Below, in pieces: positions 41,501 to 56,300 of a DNA stretch of 64,000 nucleotides. The stretch's first letter is position 1. Each line of letters starts with the position of its first letter. A model generated the notes under the pieces. It ran no database searches. It was not told where the DNA came from and worked only from the letters and a program-made list of their open reading frames with translations. Location: positions 20,956,001 through 21,020,000 of the forward strand of contig OZ059900.1 of assembly GCA_964057225.1 (NCBI GenBank), read 5' to 3'. The translations under genes and the position numbers were made by a program. This DNA comes from Auanema rhodensis (lineage: Eukaryota > Animalia > Nematoda).

Positions 41501-44500
41501 TCCTACAACGTCTAGTTCCACATTCACGACAAAAAAACAGGGGTTAGAAAATTAAGGAAATTAGCATATTCTGAGGGCACGCCCCTTATGGCTAATATTG
41601 ATTAAATCGATTTTTGTTCATATGAGTCGTCAAATGCAACGAATTTCAGCGTGTTACATACTAAAATGAAGCATTTTACATGCTGAACACTAGAAAAATA
41701 CAAAAACACAGTATTTCCCATGAGAAATATTTTATTATGCTGGAAAACCAGTTTTTGGAAATTTCGCTGTAAACAAGGTTTTGACTTACGATTTCATGTG
41801 TTCAAACTCATGCAATGTCAATGAAACCTAGCTCAAAATTGTTCCTACAACGTCTAGTTCCACTTTCACGACAAAAAAACAGGGGTTAGAAAATTAAGGA
41901 AATTAGCATATTCTGAGGGCACGCCCCTTATGGCTAATATTGATTAAATCGATTTTTGTTCATATGAGTCGTCAAATGCAACGAATTTCAGCGTGTTACA
42001 TACTAAAATGAAGCATTTTACATGCTGAACACTAGAAAAATACAAAAACACAGTATTTCTCATGAGAAATATTTTATTATGCTGGAAAACCAGTTTTTGG
42101 AAATTTCGCTGTAAACAAGGTTTTGACTTACGATTTCATGTGTTCAAACTCATGCAATGTCAATGAAACCTAGCTCAAAATTGTTCCTACAACGTCTAGT
42201 TCCACTTTCACGACAAAAAAACAGGGGTTAGAAAATTAAGGAAATTAGCATATTCTGAGGGCACGCCCCTTATGGCTAATATTGATTAAATCGATTTTTG
42301 TTCATATGAGTCGTCAAATGCAACGAATTTCAGCGTGTTACATACTAAAATGAAGCATTTCACATGCTGAACACTAGAAAAATACAAAAACACAGTATTT
42401 CCCATGAGAAATATTTTATTATGCTGGAAAACCAGTTTTTGGAAATTTCGCTGTAAACAAGGTTTTGACTTACGATTTCATGTGTTCAAACTCATGCAAT
42501 GTCAATGAAACCTAGCTCAAAATTGTTCCTACAACGTCTAGTTCCACTTTCACGACAAAAAAACAGGGGTTAGAAAATTAAGGAAATTAGCATATTCTGA
42601 GGGCACGCCCCTTATGGCTAATATTGATTAAATCGATTTTTGTTCATATGAGTCGTCAAATGCAACGAATTTCAGCGTGTTACATACTAAAATGAAGCAT
42701 TTTACATGCTGAACACTATAAAAATACAAAAACACAGTATTTCCCATGAGAAATATTTTATTATGCTGGAAAACCAGTTTTTGGAAATTTCGCTGTAAAC
42801 AAGGTTTTGACTTACGATTTCATGTGTTCAAACTCATGCAATGTCAATGAAACCTAGCTCAAAATTGTTCCTACAACGTCTAGTTCCACTTTCACGACAA
42901 AAAAACAGGGGTTAGAAAATTAATGAAATTAGCATATTCTGAGGGCACGCCCCTTATGGCTAATATTGATTAAATCGATTTTTGTTCATATGAGTCGTCA
43001 AATGCAACGAATTTCATCGTGTTACATACTAAAATGAAGCATTTTACATGCTGAACACTAGAAAAATACAAAAACACAGTATTTCTCATGAGAAATATTT
43101 TATTATGCTGGAAAACCAGTTTTTGGAAATTTCGCTGTAAACAAGGTTTTGACTTACGATTTCATGTGTTCAAACTCATGCAATGTCAATGAAACCTAGC
43201 TCAAAATTGTTCCTACAACGTCTGTTTCCACTTTCACGACAAAAAAACAGGGGTTAGAAAATTAAGGAAATTAGCATATTCTGAGGGCACGCCCCTTATG
43301 GCTAATATTGATTAAATCGATTTTTGTTCATATGAGTCGTCAAATGCAACGAATTTCAGCGTGTTACATACTAAAATGAAGCATTTCACATGCTGAACAC
43401 TAGAAAAATACAAAAACACAGTATTTCCCATGAGAAATATTTTATTATGCTGGAAAACCAGTTTTTGGAAATTTCGCTGTAAACAAGGTTTTGACTTACG
43501 ATTTCATGTGTTCAAACTCATGCAATGTCAATGAAACCTAGCTCAAAATTGTTTGTACAACGTCTAGTTCCACATTCACGACAAAAAAACAGGGGTTAGA
43601 AAATTAAGGAAATTAGCATATTCTGAGGGCACGCCCCTTATGGCTAATATTGATTAAATCGATTTTTGTTCATATGAGTCGTCAAATGCAACGAATTTCA
43701 GCGTGTTACATACTAAAATGAAGCATTTTACATGCTGAACACTAGAAAAATACAAAAACACAGTATTTCCCATGAGAAATATTTTATTATGCTGGAAAAC
43801 CAGTTTTTGGAAATTTCGCTGTAAACAAGGTTTTGACTTACGATTTCATGTGTTCAAACTCATGCAATGTCAATGAATCCTAGCTCAAAATTGTTCGTAC
43901 AACGTCTAGTTCCACTTTCACGACAAAAAAACAGGGGTTAGAAAATTAAGGAAATTAGCATATTCTGAGGGCACGCCCCTTATGGCTAATATTGATTAAA
44001 TCGATTTTTGTTCATATGAGTCGTCAAATGCAACGAATTTCAGCGTGTTACATACTAAAATGAAGCATTTTACATGCTGAACACTAGAAAAATACAAAAA
44101 CACAGTATTTCTCATGAGAAATATTTTATTATGCTGGAAAACCAGTTTTTGGAAATTTCGCTGTAAACAAGGTTTTGACTTACGATTTCATGTGTTCAAA
44201 CTCATGCAATGTCAATGAAACCTAGCTCAAAATTGTTCCTACAACGTCTGTTTCCACTTTCACGACAAAAAAACAGGGGTTAGAAAATTAAGGAAATTAG
44301 CATATTCTGAGGGCACGCCCCTTATGGCTAATATTGATTAAATCGATTTTTGTTCATATGAGTCGTCAAATGCAACGAATTTCAGCGTGTTACATACTAA
44401 AATGAAGCATTTCACATGCTGAACACTAGAAAAATACAAAAACACAGTATTTCCCATGAGAAATATTTTATTATGCTGGAAAACCAGTTTTTGGAAATTT

Positions 44501-47500
44501 CGCTGTAAACAAGGTTTTGACTTACGATTTCATGTGTTCAAACTCATGCAATGTCAATGAAACCTAGCTCAAAATTGTTCCTACAACGTCTAGTTCCACT
44601 TTCACGACAAAAAAACAGGGGTTAGAAAATTAAGGAAATTAGCATATTCTGAGGGCACGCCCCTTATGGCTAATATTGATTAAATCGATTTTTGTTCATA
44701 TGAGTCGTCAAATGCAACGAATTTCAGCGTGTTACATACTAAAATGAAGCATTTTACATGCTGAACACTATAAAAATACAAAAACACAGTATTTCCCATG
44801 AGAAATATTTTATTATGCTGGAAAACCAGTTTTTGGAAATTTCGCTGTAAACAAGGTTTTGACTTACGATTTCATGTGTTCAAACTCATGCAATGTCAAT
44901 GAAACCTAGCTCAAAATTGTTCCTACAACGTCTAGTTCCACTTTCACGACAAAAAAACAGGGGTTAGAAAATTAATGAAATTAGCATATTCTGAGGGCAC
45001 GCCCCTTATGGCTAATATTGATTAAATCGATTTTTGTTCATATGAGTCGTCAAATGCAACGAATTTCATCGTGTTACATACTAAAATGAAGCATTTTACA
45101 TGCTGAACACTAGAAAAATACAAAAACACAGTATTTCTCATGAGAAATATTTTATTATGCTGGAAAACCAGTTTTTGGAAATTTCGCTGTAAACAAGGTT
45201 TTGACTTACGATTTCATGTGTTCAAACTCATGCAATGTCAATGAAACCTAGCTCAAAATTGTTCCTACAACGTCTGTTTCCACTTTCACGACAAAAAAAC
45301 AGGGGTTAGAAAATTAAGGAAATTAGCATATTCTGAGGGCACGCCCCTTATGGCTAATATTGATTAAATCGATTTTTGTTCATATGAGTCGTCAAATGCA
45401 ACGAATTTCAGCGTGTTACATACTAAAATGAAGCATTTTACATGCTGAACACTAGAAAAATACAAAAACACAGTATTTCTCATGAGAAATATTTTATTAT
45501 GCTGGAAAACCAGTTTTTGGAAATTTCGCTGTAAACAAGGTTTTGACTTACGATTTCATGTGTTCAAACTCATGCAATGTCAATGAAACCTAGCTCAAAA
45601 TTGTTTGTACAACGTCTAGTTCCACTTTCACGACAAAAAAACAGGGGTTAGAAAATTAAGGAAATTAGCATATTCTGAGGGCACGCCCCTTATGGCTAAT
45701 ATTGATTAAATCGATTTTTGTTCATATGAGTCGTCAAATGCAACGAATTTCAGCGTGTTACATACTAAAATGAAGCATTTTACATGCTGAACACTAGAAA
45801 AATACAAAAACACAGTATTTCCCATGAGAAATATTTTATTATGCTGGAAAACCAGTTTTTGGAAATTTCGCTGTAAACAAGGTTTTGACTTACGATTTCA
45901 TGTGTTCAAACTCATGCAATGTCAATGAAACCTAGCTCAAAATTGTTCCTACAACGTCTAGTTCCACTTTCACGACAAAAAAACAGGGGTTAGAAAATTA
46001 ATGAAATTAGCATATTCTGAGGGCACGCCCCTTATGGCTAATATTGATTAAATCGATTTTTGTTCATATGAGTCGTCAAATGCAACGAATTTCATCGTGT
46101 TACATACTAAAATGAAGCATTTTACATGCTGAACACTAGAAAAATACAAAAACACAGTATTTCTCATGAGAAATATTTTATTATGCTGGAAAACCAGTTT
46201 TTGGAAATTTCGCTGTAAACAAGGTTTTGACTTACGATTTCATGTGTTCAAACTCATGCAATGTCAATGAAACCTAGCTCAAAATTGTTTGTACAACGTC
46301 TAGTTCCACTTTCACGACAAAAAAACAGGGGTTAGAAAATTAAGGAAATTAGCATATTCTGAGGGCACGCCCCTTATGGCTAATATTGATTAAATCGATT
46401 TTTGTTCATATGAGTAGTCAAATGCAACGAATTTCAGCGTGTTACATACTAAAATGAACCATTTTACATGCTGAACACTAGAAAAATACAAAAACACAGT
46501 ATTTCCCATGAGAAATATTTTATTATGCTGGAAAACCAGTTTTTGGAAATTTCGCTGTAAACAAGGTTTTGACTTACGATTTCATGTGTTCAAACTCATG
46601 CAATGTCAATGAAACCTAGCTCAAAATTGTTCCTACAACGTCTAATTCCACTTTCACGACAAAAAAACCGGGGTTAGAAAATTAAGGAAATTAGCATATT
46701 CTAAGGGCACGCCCCTTATGGCTAATATTGATTAAATCGATTTTTGTTCATATGAGTCGTCAAATGCAACGAATTTCAGCATGTTACATACTAAAATGAA
46801 GCATTTTACATGCTGAACACTAGAAAAATACAAAAACACAGTATTTCCCATGAGAAATATTTTATTATGCTGGAAAACCAGTTTTTGGAAATTTCGCTGT
46901 AAACAAGGTTTTGACTTACGATTTCATGTGTTCAAACTCATGCAATGTCAATGAAACCTAGCTCAAAATTGTTCCTACAACGTCTAATTCCACTTTCACG
47001 ACAAAAAAACCGGGGTTAGAAAATTAAGGAAATTAGCATATTCTAAGGGCACGCCCCTTATGGCTAATATTGATTAAATCGATTTTTGTTCATATGAGTC
47101 GTCAAATGCAACGAATTTCAGCGTGTTACATACTAAAATAAAGCATTTTACATGCTGAACACTAGAAAAATACAAAAACACAGTATTTCCCATGAGAAAT
47201 ATTTTATTATGCTGGAAAACCAGTTTTTGGAAATTTCGCTGTAAACAAGGTTTTGACTTACGATTTCATGTGTTCAAACTCATGCAATGTCAATGAAACC
47301 TAGCTCAAAATTGTTCCTACAACGTCTGGTTCCACTTTCACGACAAAAAAACAGGGGTTAGAAAATTAATGAAATTAGCATATTCTGAGGGCACGCCCCT
47401 TATGGCTAATATTGATTAAATCGATTTTTGTTCATATGAGTCGTCAAATGCAACGAATTTCATCGTGTTACATACTAAAATGAAGCATTTTACATGCTGA

Positions 47501-49549
47501 ACACTAGAAAAATACAAAAACACAGTATTTCTCATGAGAAATATTTTATTATGCTGGAAAACCAGTTTTTGGAAATTTCGCTGTAAACAAGGTTTTGACT
47601 TACGATTTCATGTGTTCAAACTCATGCAATGTCAATGAAACCTAGCTCAAAATTGTTCCTACAACGTCTGTTTCCACTTTCACGACAAAAAAACAGGGGT
47701 TAGAAAATTAAGGAAATTAGCATATTCTGAGGGCACGCCCCTTATGGCTAATATTGATTAAATCGATTTTTGTTCATATGAGTCGTCAAATGCAACGAAT
47801 TTCAGCGTGTTACATACTAAAATGAAGCATTTTACATGCTGAACACTAGAAAAATACAAAAACACAGTATTTCCCATGAGAAATATTTTATTATGCTGGA
47901 AAACCAGTTTTTGGAAATTTCGCTGTAAACAAGGTTTTGACTTACGCTTTCATGTGTTCAAACTCATGCAATGTCAATGAAACCTAGCTCAAAATTGTTC
48001 CTACAACGTCTAGTTCCACTTTCACGACAAAAAAACAGGGGTTAGAAAATTAATGAAATTAGCATATTCTGAGGGCACGCCCCTTATGGCTAATATTGAT
48101 TAAATCGATTTTTGTTCATATGAGTCGTCAAATGCAACGAATTTCATCGTGTTACATACTAAAATGAAGCATTTTACATGCTGAACACTAGAAAAATACA
48201 AAAACACAGTATTTCTCATGAGAAATATTTTATTATGCTGGAAAACCAGTTTTTGGAAATTTCGCTGTAAACAAGGTTTTGACTTACGATTTCATGTGTT
48301 CAAACTCATGCAATGTCAATGAAACCTAGCTCAAAATTGTTCCTACAACGTCTAGTTCCACTTTCACGACAAAAAAACAGGGGTTAGAAAATTAATGAAA
48401 TTAGCATATTCTGAGGGCACGCCCCTTATGGCTAATATTGATTAAATCGATTTTTGTTCATATGAGTCGACAAATGCAACGAATTTCATCGTGTTACATA
48501 CTAAAATGAAGCATTTTACATGCTGAACACTAGAAAAATACAAAAACACAGTATTTCTCATGAGAAATATTTTATTATGCTGGAAAACCAGTTTTTGGAA
48601 ATTTCGCTGTAAACAAGGTTTTGACTTACGATTTCATGTGTTCAAACTCATGCAATGTCAATGAAACCTAGCTCAAAATTGTTTGTACAACGTCTGTTTC
48701 CACTTTCACGACAAAAAAACAGGGGTTAGAAAATTAAGGAAATTAGCATATTCTGAGGGCACGCCCCTTATGGCTAATATTGATTAAATCGATTTTTGTT
48801 CATATGAGTCGTCAAATGCAACGAATTTCAGCGTGTTAAATACTAAAATGAAACATTTTACATGCTGAACAGTAGAAAAATACAAAAACACAGTATTTCC
48901 CATGAGAAATATTTTATTATGCTGGAAAACCAGTTTTTGGAAATTTCGCTGTAAACAAGGTTTTGACTTACGATTTCATGTGTTCAAACTCATGCAATGT
49001 CAATAAAAACCTAGCTCAAAATTGTTTGTACAACGTCTAGTTCCACTTTCACGACAAAAAAACAGGGGTTAGAAAATTAAGGAAATTAGCATATTCTGAG
49101 GGCACGCCCCTTATGGCTAATATTGATTAAATCGATTTTTGTTCATATGAGTAGTCAAATGCAACGAATTTCAGCGTGTTACATACTGAAATGAAGCATT
49201 TTACATGCTGAACACTAGAAAAATACAAAAACACAGTATTTCCCATGAGAAATATTTTATTATGCTGGAAAACCAGTTTTTGGAATTTTCGCTGTAAACA
49301 AGGTTTTGACTTACGATTTCATGTGTTCAAACTCATGCAATGTCAATGAAACCTAGCTCAAAATTGTTCGTACAACGTCTAGTTCCACTTTCACGACAAA
49401 AAAACAGGGGTTAGAAAATTAAGGAAATTAGCATATTCTGAGGGCACGCCCCTTATGGCTAATATTGATTAAATCGATTTTTGTTCATATGAGTCGTCAA
49501 ATGCAACGAATTTCAGCGTGTTACATACTAAAATGAAGTATTTTACATG

Positions 49550-51650
49550 CTGAACACTAGAAAAATACAAAAACACAGTATTTCCCATGAGAAATATTTT
49601 ATTATGCTGGAAAACCAGTTTTTGGAATTTTCGCTGTAAACAAGGTTTTGACTTACGATTTCATGTGTTCAAACTCATGCAATGTCAATGAAACCTAGCT
49701 CAAAATTGTTCGTACAACGTCTAGTTCCACTTTCACGACAAAAAAACAGGGGTTAGAAAATTAAGGAAATTAGCATATTCTGAGGGCACGCCCCTTATGG
49801 CTAATATTGATTAAATCGATTTTTGTTCATATGAGTCGTCAAATGCAACGAATTTCAGCGTGTTACATACTAAAATGAAGCATTTTACATGCTGAACACT
49901 AGAAAAATACAAAAACACAGTATTTCCCATGAGAAATATTTTATTATGCTGGAAAACCAGTTTTTGGAATTTTCGCTGTAAACAAGGTTTTGACTTACGA
50001 TTTCATGTGTTCAAACTCATGCAATGTCAATGAAACCTAGCTCAAAATTGTTCGTACAACGTCTAGTTCCACTTTCACGACAAAAAAACAGGGGTTAGAA
50101 AATTAAGGAAATTAGCATATTCTGAGGGCACGCCCCTTATGGCTAATATTGATTAAATCGATTTTTGTTCATATGAGTCGTCAAATGCAACGAATTTCAG
50201 CGTGTTACATACTAAAATGAAGCATTTTACATGCTGAACACTAGAAAAATACAAAAACACAGTATTTCCCATGAGAAATATTTTATTATGCTGGAAAACC
50301 AGGTTTTGAAAAATTTCGCTGTAAACAAGGTTTTGACTTACGATTTCATGTGTTCAAACTCATGCAATGTCAATGAAACCTAGCTCAAAATTGTTCGTAC
50401 AACGTCTAGTTCCACTTTCACGACAAAAAAACAGGGGTTAGAAAATTTAGGAAATTAGCATATTCTGAGGGCACGCCCCTTATGGCTAATATTGATTAAA
50501 TCGATTTTTGTTCATATGAGTCGTCAAATGCAACGAATTTCAGCGTGTTACATACTAAAATGAAGCATTTCACATGCTGAACACTAGAAAAATACAAAAA
50601 CACAGTATTTCCCATGAGAAATATTTTATTATGCTGGAAAACCAGTTTTTGGAATTTTCGCTGTAAACAAGGTTTTGACTTACGATTTCATGTGTTCAAA
50701 CTCATGCAATGTCAATGAAACCTAGCTCAAAATTGTTCGTACAACGTCTAGTTCCACTTTCACGACAAAAAAACAGGGGTTAGAAAATTAAGGAAATTAG
50801 CATATTCTGAGGGCACGCCCCTTATGGCTAATATTGATTAAATCGATTTTTGTTCATATGAGTCGTCAAATGCAACGAATTTCAGCGTGTTACATACTAA
50901 AATGAAGCATTTTACATGCTGAACACTAGAAAAATACAAAAACACAGTATTTCCCATGAGAAATATTTTATTATGCTGGAAAACCAGTTTTTGGAATTTT
51001 CGCTGTAAACAAGGTTTTGACTTACGATTTCATGTGTTCAAACTCATGCAATGTCAATGAAACCTAGCTCAAAATTGTTCGTACAACGTCTAGTTCCACT
51101 TTCACGACAAAAAAACAGGGGTTAGAAAATTAAGGAAATTAGCATATTCTGAGGGCACGCCCCTTATGGCTAATATTGATTAAATCGATTTTTGTTCATA
51201 TGAGTCGTCAAATGCAACGAATTTCAGCGTGTTACATACTAAAATGAAGCATTTTACATGCTGAACACTAGAAAAATACAAAAACACAGTATTTCCCATG
51301 AGAAATATTTTATTATGCTGGAAAACCAGGTTTTGAAAAATTTCGCTGTAAACAAGGTTTTGACTTACGATTTCATGTGTTCAAACTCATGCAATGTCAA
51401 TGAAACCTAGCTCAAAATTGTTCGTACAACGTCTAGTTCCACTTTCACGACAAAAAAACAGGGGTTAGAAAATTTAGGAAATTAGCATATTCTGAGGGCA
51501 CGCCCCTTATGGCTAATATTGATTAAATCGATTTTTGTTCATATGAGTCGTCAAATGCAACGAATTTCAGCGTGTTACATACTAAAATGAAGCATTTCAC
51601 ATGCTGAACACTAGAAAAATACAAAAACACAGTATTTCCCATGAGAAATA
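49550..51650 (-). repeat. 3-monomer duplication, period 1027 bp
   Basis: The complex variant AGGTTTTGAAAAA (+1 bp) is at 50301/51328, AAATTTAGG at ~50443/51470, and GGAATTTTCG in the monomers between them. Confidence 0.85.
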
Positions 51651-53399
51651 TTTTATTATGCTGGAAAACCAGTTTTTGGAAATTTCGCTGTAAACAAGTT
51701 TTTGACTTACGATTTCATGTGTTCAAACTCATGCAATGTCAATGAAACCTAGCTCAAAATTGTTCCTACAACGTCTAGTTCCACTTTCACGACAAAAAAA
51801 CAGGGGTTAGAAAATTAAGGAAATTAGCATATTCTGAGGGCACGCCTCTTATGGCTAATATTGATTAAATCGATTTTTGTTCATATGAGTCGTCAAATGC
51901 AACGAATTTCAGCGTGTTACATACTAAAATGAAGCATTTTACATGCTGAACACTAGAAAAATACAAAAACACAGTATTTCCCATGAGAAATATTTTATTA
52001 TGCTGGAAAACCAGTTTTTGGAAATTTCGCTGTAAACAAGGTTTTGACTTACGATTTCATGTGTTCAAACTCATGCAATGTCAATGAAACCTAGCTCAAA
52101 ATTGTTCCTACAACGTCTAGTTCCACTTTCACGACAAAAAAACAGGGGTTAGAAAATTAATGAAATTAGCATATTCTGAGGGCACGCCCCTTATGGCTAA
52201 TATTGATTAAATCGATTTTTGTTCATATGAGTCGTCAAATGCAACGAATTTCATCGTGTTACATACTAAAATGAAGCGTTTTACATGCTGAACACTAGAA
52301 AAATACAAAAACACAGTATTTCTCATGAGAAATATTTTATTATGCTGGAAAACCAGTTTTTGGAAATTTCGCTGTAAACAAGGTTTTGACTTACGATTTC
52401 ATGTGTTCAAACTCATGCAATGTCAATGAAACCTAGCTCAAAATTGTTTGTACAACGTCTAGTTCCACTTTCACGACAAAAAAACAGGGGTTAGAAAATT
52501 AAGGAAATTAGCATATTCTGAGGGCACGCCCCTTATGGCTAATATTGATTAAATCGATTTTTGTTCATATGAGTAGTCAAATGCAACGAATTTCAGCGTG
52601 TTACATACTAAAATGAAGCATTTTACATGCTGAACACTAGAAAAATACAAAAACACAGTATTTCCCATGAGAAATATTTTATTATGCTGGAAAACCAGTT
52701 TTTGGAAATTTCGCTGTAAACAAGGTTTTGACTTACGATTTCATGTGTTCAAACTCATGCAATGTCAATGAAACCTAGCTCAAAATTGTTCCTACAACGT
52801 CTAGTTCCACTTTCACGACAAAAAAAACAGGGGTTAGAAAATTAAGGAAATTAGCATATTCTGAGGGCACGCCCCTTATGGCTAATATTGATTAAATCGA
52901 TTTTTGTTCATATGAGTCGTCAAATGCAACGAATTTCAGCGTGTTACATACTAAAATGAAGCATTTTACATGCTGAACACTAGAAAAATACAAAAACACA
53001 GTATTTCCCATGAGAAATATTTTATTATGCTGGAAAACCAGTTTTTGGAAATTTCGCTGTAAACAAGGTTTTGACTTACGATTTCATGTGTTCAAACTCA
53101 TGCAATGTCAATGAAACCTAGCTCAAAATTGTTCGTACAACGTCTAGTTCCACTTTCACGACAAAAAAACAGGGGTTAGAAAATTAAGGAAATTAGCATA
53201 TTCTGAGGGCACGCCCCTTATGGCTAATATTGATTAAATCGATTTTTGTTCATATGAGTCGTCAAATGCAACGAATTTCAGCGTGTTACATACTAAAATG
53301 AAGCATTTTACATGCTGAACACTAGAAAAATACAAAAACACAGTAATACCCATGAGAAATATTTTATTATGCTGGAAAACCAGTTTTTGGAAATTTCGC

Positions 53400-56300
53400 T
53401 GTAAACAAGGTTTTGACTTACGATTTCATGTGTTCAAACTCATGCAATGTCAATGAAACCTAGCTCAAAATTGTTAATACAATGTCTAGTTCCACTTTCA
53501 CGACAAAAAAACAGGGGTTAGAAAATTAAGGAAATTAGCATATTCTGAGGGCACGCCCCTTATGGCTAATATTGATTAAATCGATTTTTGTTCATATGAG
53601 TCGTCAAATGCAACGAATTTCAGCGTGTTACATACTAAAATGAAGCATTTTACATGCTGAACACTAGAAAAATACAAAAACACAGTATTTCCCATGAGAA
53701 ATATTTTATTATGCTGGAAAACCAGTTTTTGGAAATTTCGCTGTAAACAAGGTTTTGACTTACGATTTCATGTGTTCAAACTCATGCAATGTCAATGAAA
53801 CCCAGCTCAAAATTGTTCGTACAACGTCTAGTTCCACTTTCACGACAAAAAAACAGGGGTTAGAAAATTAAGGAAATTAGCATATTCTGAGGGCACGCCC
53901 CTTATGGCTAATATTGATTAAATCGATTTTTGTTCATATGAGTCGTCAAATGCAACGAATTTCAGCGTGTTACATACTAAAATGAAGCATTTTACATGCT
54001 GAACACTAGAAAAATACAAAAACACAGTATTTCCCATGAGAAATATTTTATTATGCTGGAAAACCAGTTTTTGGAAATTTCGCTGTAAACAAGATTTTGA
54101 CTTACGATTTCATGTGTTCAAACTCATGCAATGTCAATGAAACCTAGCTCAAAATTGTTCGTACAACGTCTAGTTCCACTTTCACGACAAAAAAACAGGG
54201 GTTAGAAAATTAAGGAAATTAGCATATTCTGAGGGCACGCCCCTTATGGCTAATATTGATTAAATCGATTTTTGTTCATATGAGTCGTCAAATGCAACGA
54301 ATTTCAGCGTGTTACACACTAAAATGAAGCATTTTACATGCTGAACACTAGAAAAATACAAAAACACAGTATTTCCCATGAGAAATATTTTATTATGCTG
54401 GAAAACCAGTTTTTGAAAATTTCGCTGTAAACAAGGTTTTGACTTACGATTTCATGTGTTCAAACTCATGCAATGTCAATGAAACCTAGCTCAAAATTGT
54501 TCCTACAACGTCTAGTTCCACTTTCACGACAAAAAAACCGGGGTTAGAAAATTAAGGAAATTAGCATATTCTGAGGGCACGCCCTTTATGGCTAATATTG
54601 ATTAAATCGATTTTTGTTTATATGAGTCGTCAAATGCAACGAATTTCAGCGTGTTACATACTAAAATGAAGCATTTTACATGCTGAACACTAGAAAAATA
54701 CAAAAACACAGTATTTCCCATGAGAAATATTTTATTATGCTGGAAAACCAGTTTTTGGAAATTTCGCTGTAAACAAGGTTTTGACTTACGATTTCATGTG
54801 TTCAAACTCATGCAATGTCAATGAAACCTAGCTCAAAATTGTTCGTACAACGTCTAGTTCCACTTTCACGACAAAAAAACAGGGGTTAGAAAATTAAGGA
54901 AATTAGCATATTCTGAGGGCACGCCCCTTATGGCTAATATTGATTAAATCGATTTTTGTTCATATGAGTCGTCAAATGCAACGAATTTCAGCGTGTTACA
55001 TACTAAAATGAAGCATTTTACATGCTGAACACTATAAAAATACAAAAACACAGTATTTCCCATGAGAAATATTTTATTATGCTGGAAAACCAGTTTTTGG
55101 AAATTTCGCTGTAAACAAGATTTTGACTTACGATTTCATGTGTTCAAACTCATGCAATGTCAATGAAACCTAGCTCAAAATTGTTCGTACAACGTCTAGT
55201 TCCACTTTCACGACAAAAAAACCGGGGTTAGAAAATTAAGGAAATTAGCATATTCTGAGGGCACGCCCCTTATGGCTAATATTGATTAAATCGATTTTTG
55301 TTCATATGAGTCGTCAAATGCAACGAATTTCAGCGTGTTACATACTAAAATGAAGCATTTCACATGCTGAACACTAGAAAAATACAAAAACACAGTATTT
55401 CCCATGAGAAATATTTTATTATGCTGGAAAACCAGTTTTTGGAAATTTCGCTGTAAACAAGGTTTTGACTTACGATTTCATGTGTTCAAACTCATGCAAT
55501 GTCAATGAAACCTAGCTCAAAATTGTTCCTACAACGTCTAGTTCCACTTTCACGACAAAAAAACAGGGGTTAGAAAATTAAGGAAATTAGCATATTCTGA
55601 GGGCACGCCCCTTATGGCTAATATTGATTAAATCGATTTTTGTTCATATGAGTAGTCAAATGCAACGAATTTCAGCGTGTTACATACTAAAATGAAGCAT
55701 TTTACATGCTGAACACTAGAAAAATACAAAAACACAGTATTTCCCATGAGAAATATTTTATTATGCTGGAAAACCAGTTTTTGGAAATTTCGCTGTAAAC
55801 AAGGTTTTGACTTACGATTTCATGTGTTCAAACTCATGCAATGTCAATGAAACCTAGCTCAAAATTGTTCCTACAACGTCTAGTTCCACTTTCACGACAA
55901 AAAAACCGGGGTTAGAAAATTAAGGAAATTAGCATATTCTGAGGGCACGCCCCTTATGGCTAATATTGATTAAATCGATTTTTGTTCATATGAGTCGTCA
56001 AATGCAACGAATTTCAGCGTGTTACATACTAAAATGAAGCATTTTACATGCTGAACACTAGAAAAATACAAAAACACAGTATTTCTCATGAGAAATATTT
56101 TATTATGCTGGAAAACCAGTTTTTGGAAATTTCGCTGTAAACAAGGTTTTGACTTACGATTTCATGTGTTCAAACTCATGCAATGTCAATGAAACCTAGC
56201 TCAAAATTGTTCCTACAACGTCTAGTTCCACTTTCACGACAAAAAAACCGGGGTTAGAAAATTAAGGAAATTAGCATATTCTGAGGGCACGCCCCTTATG

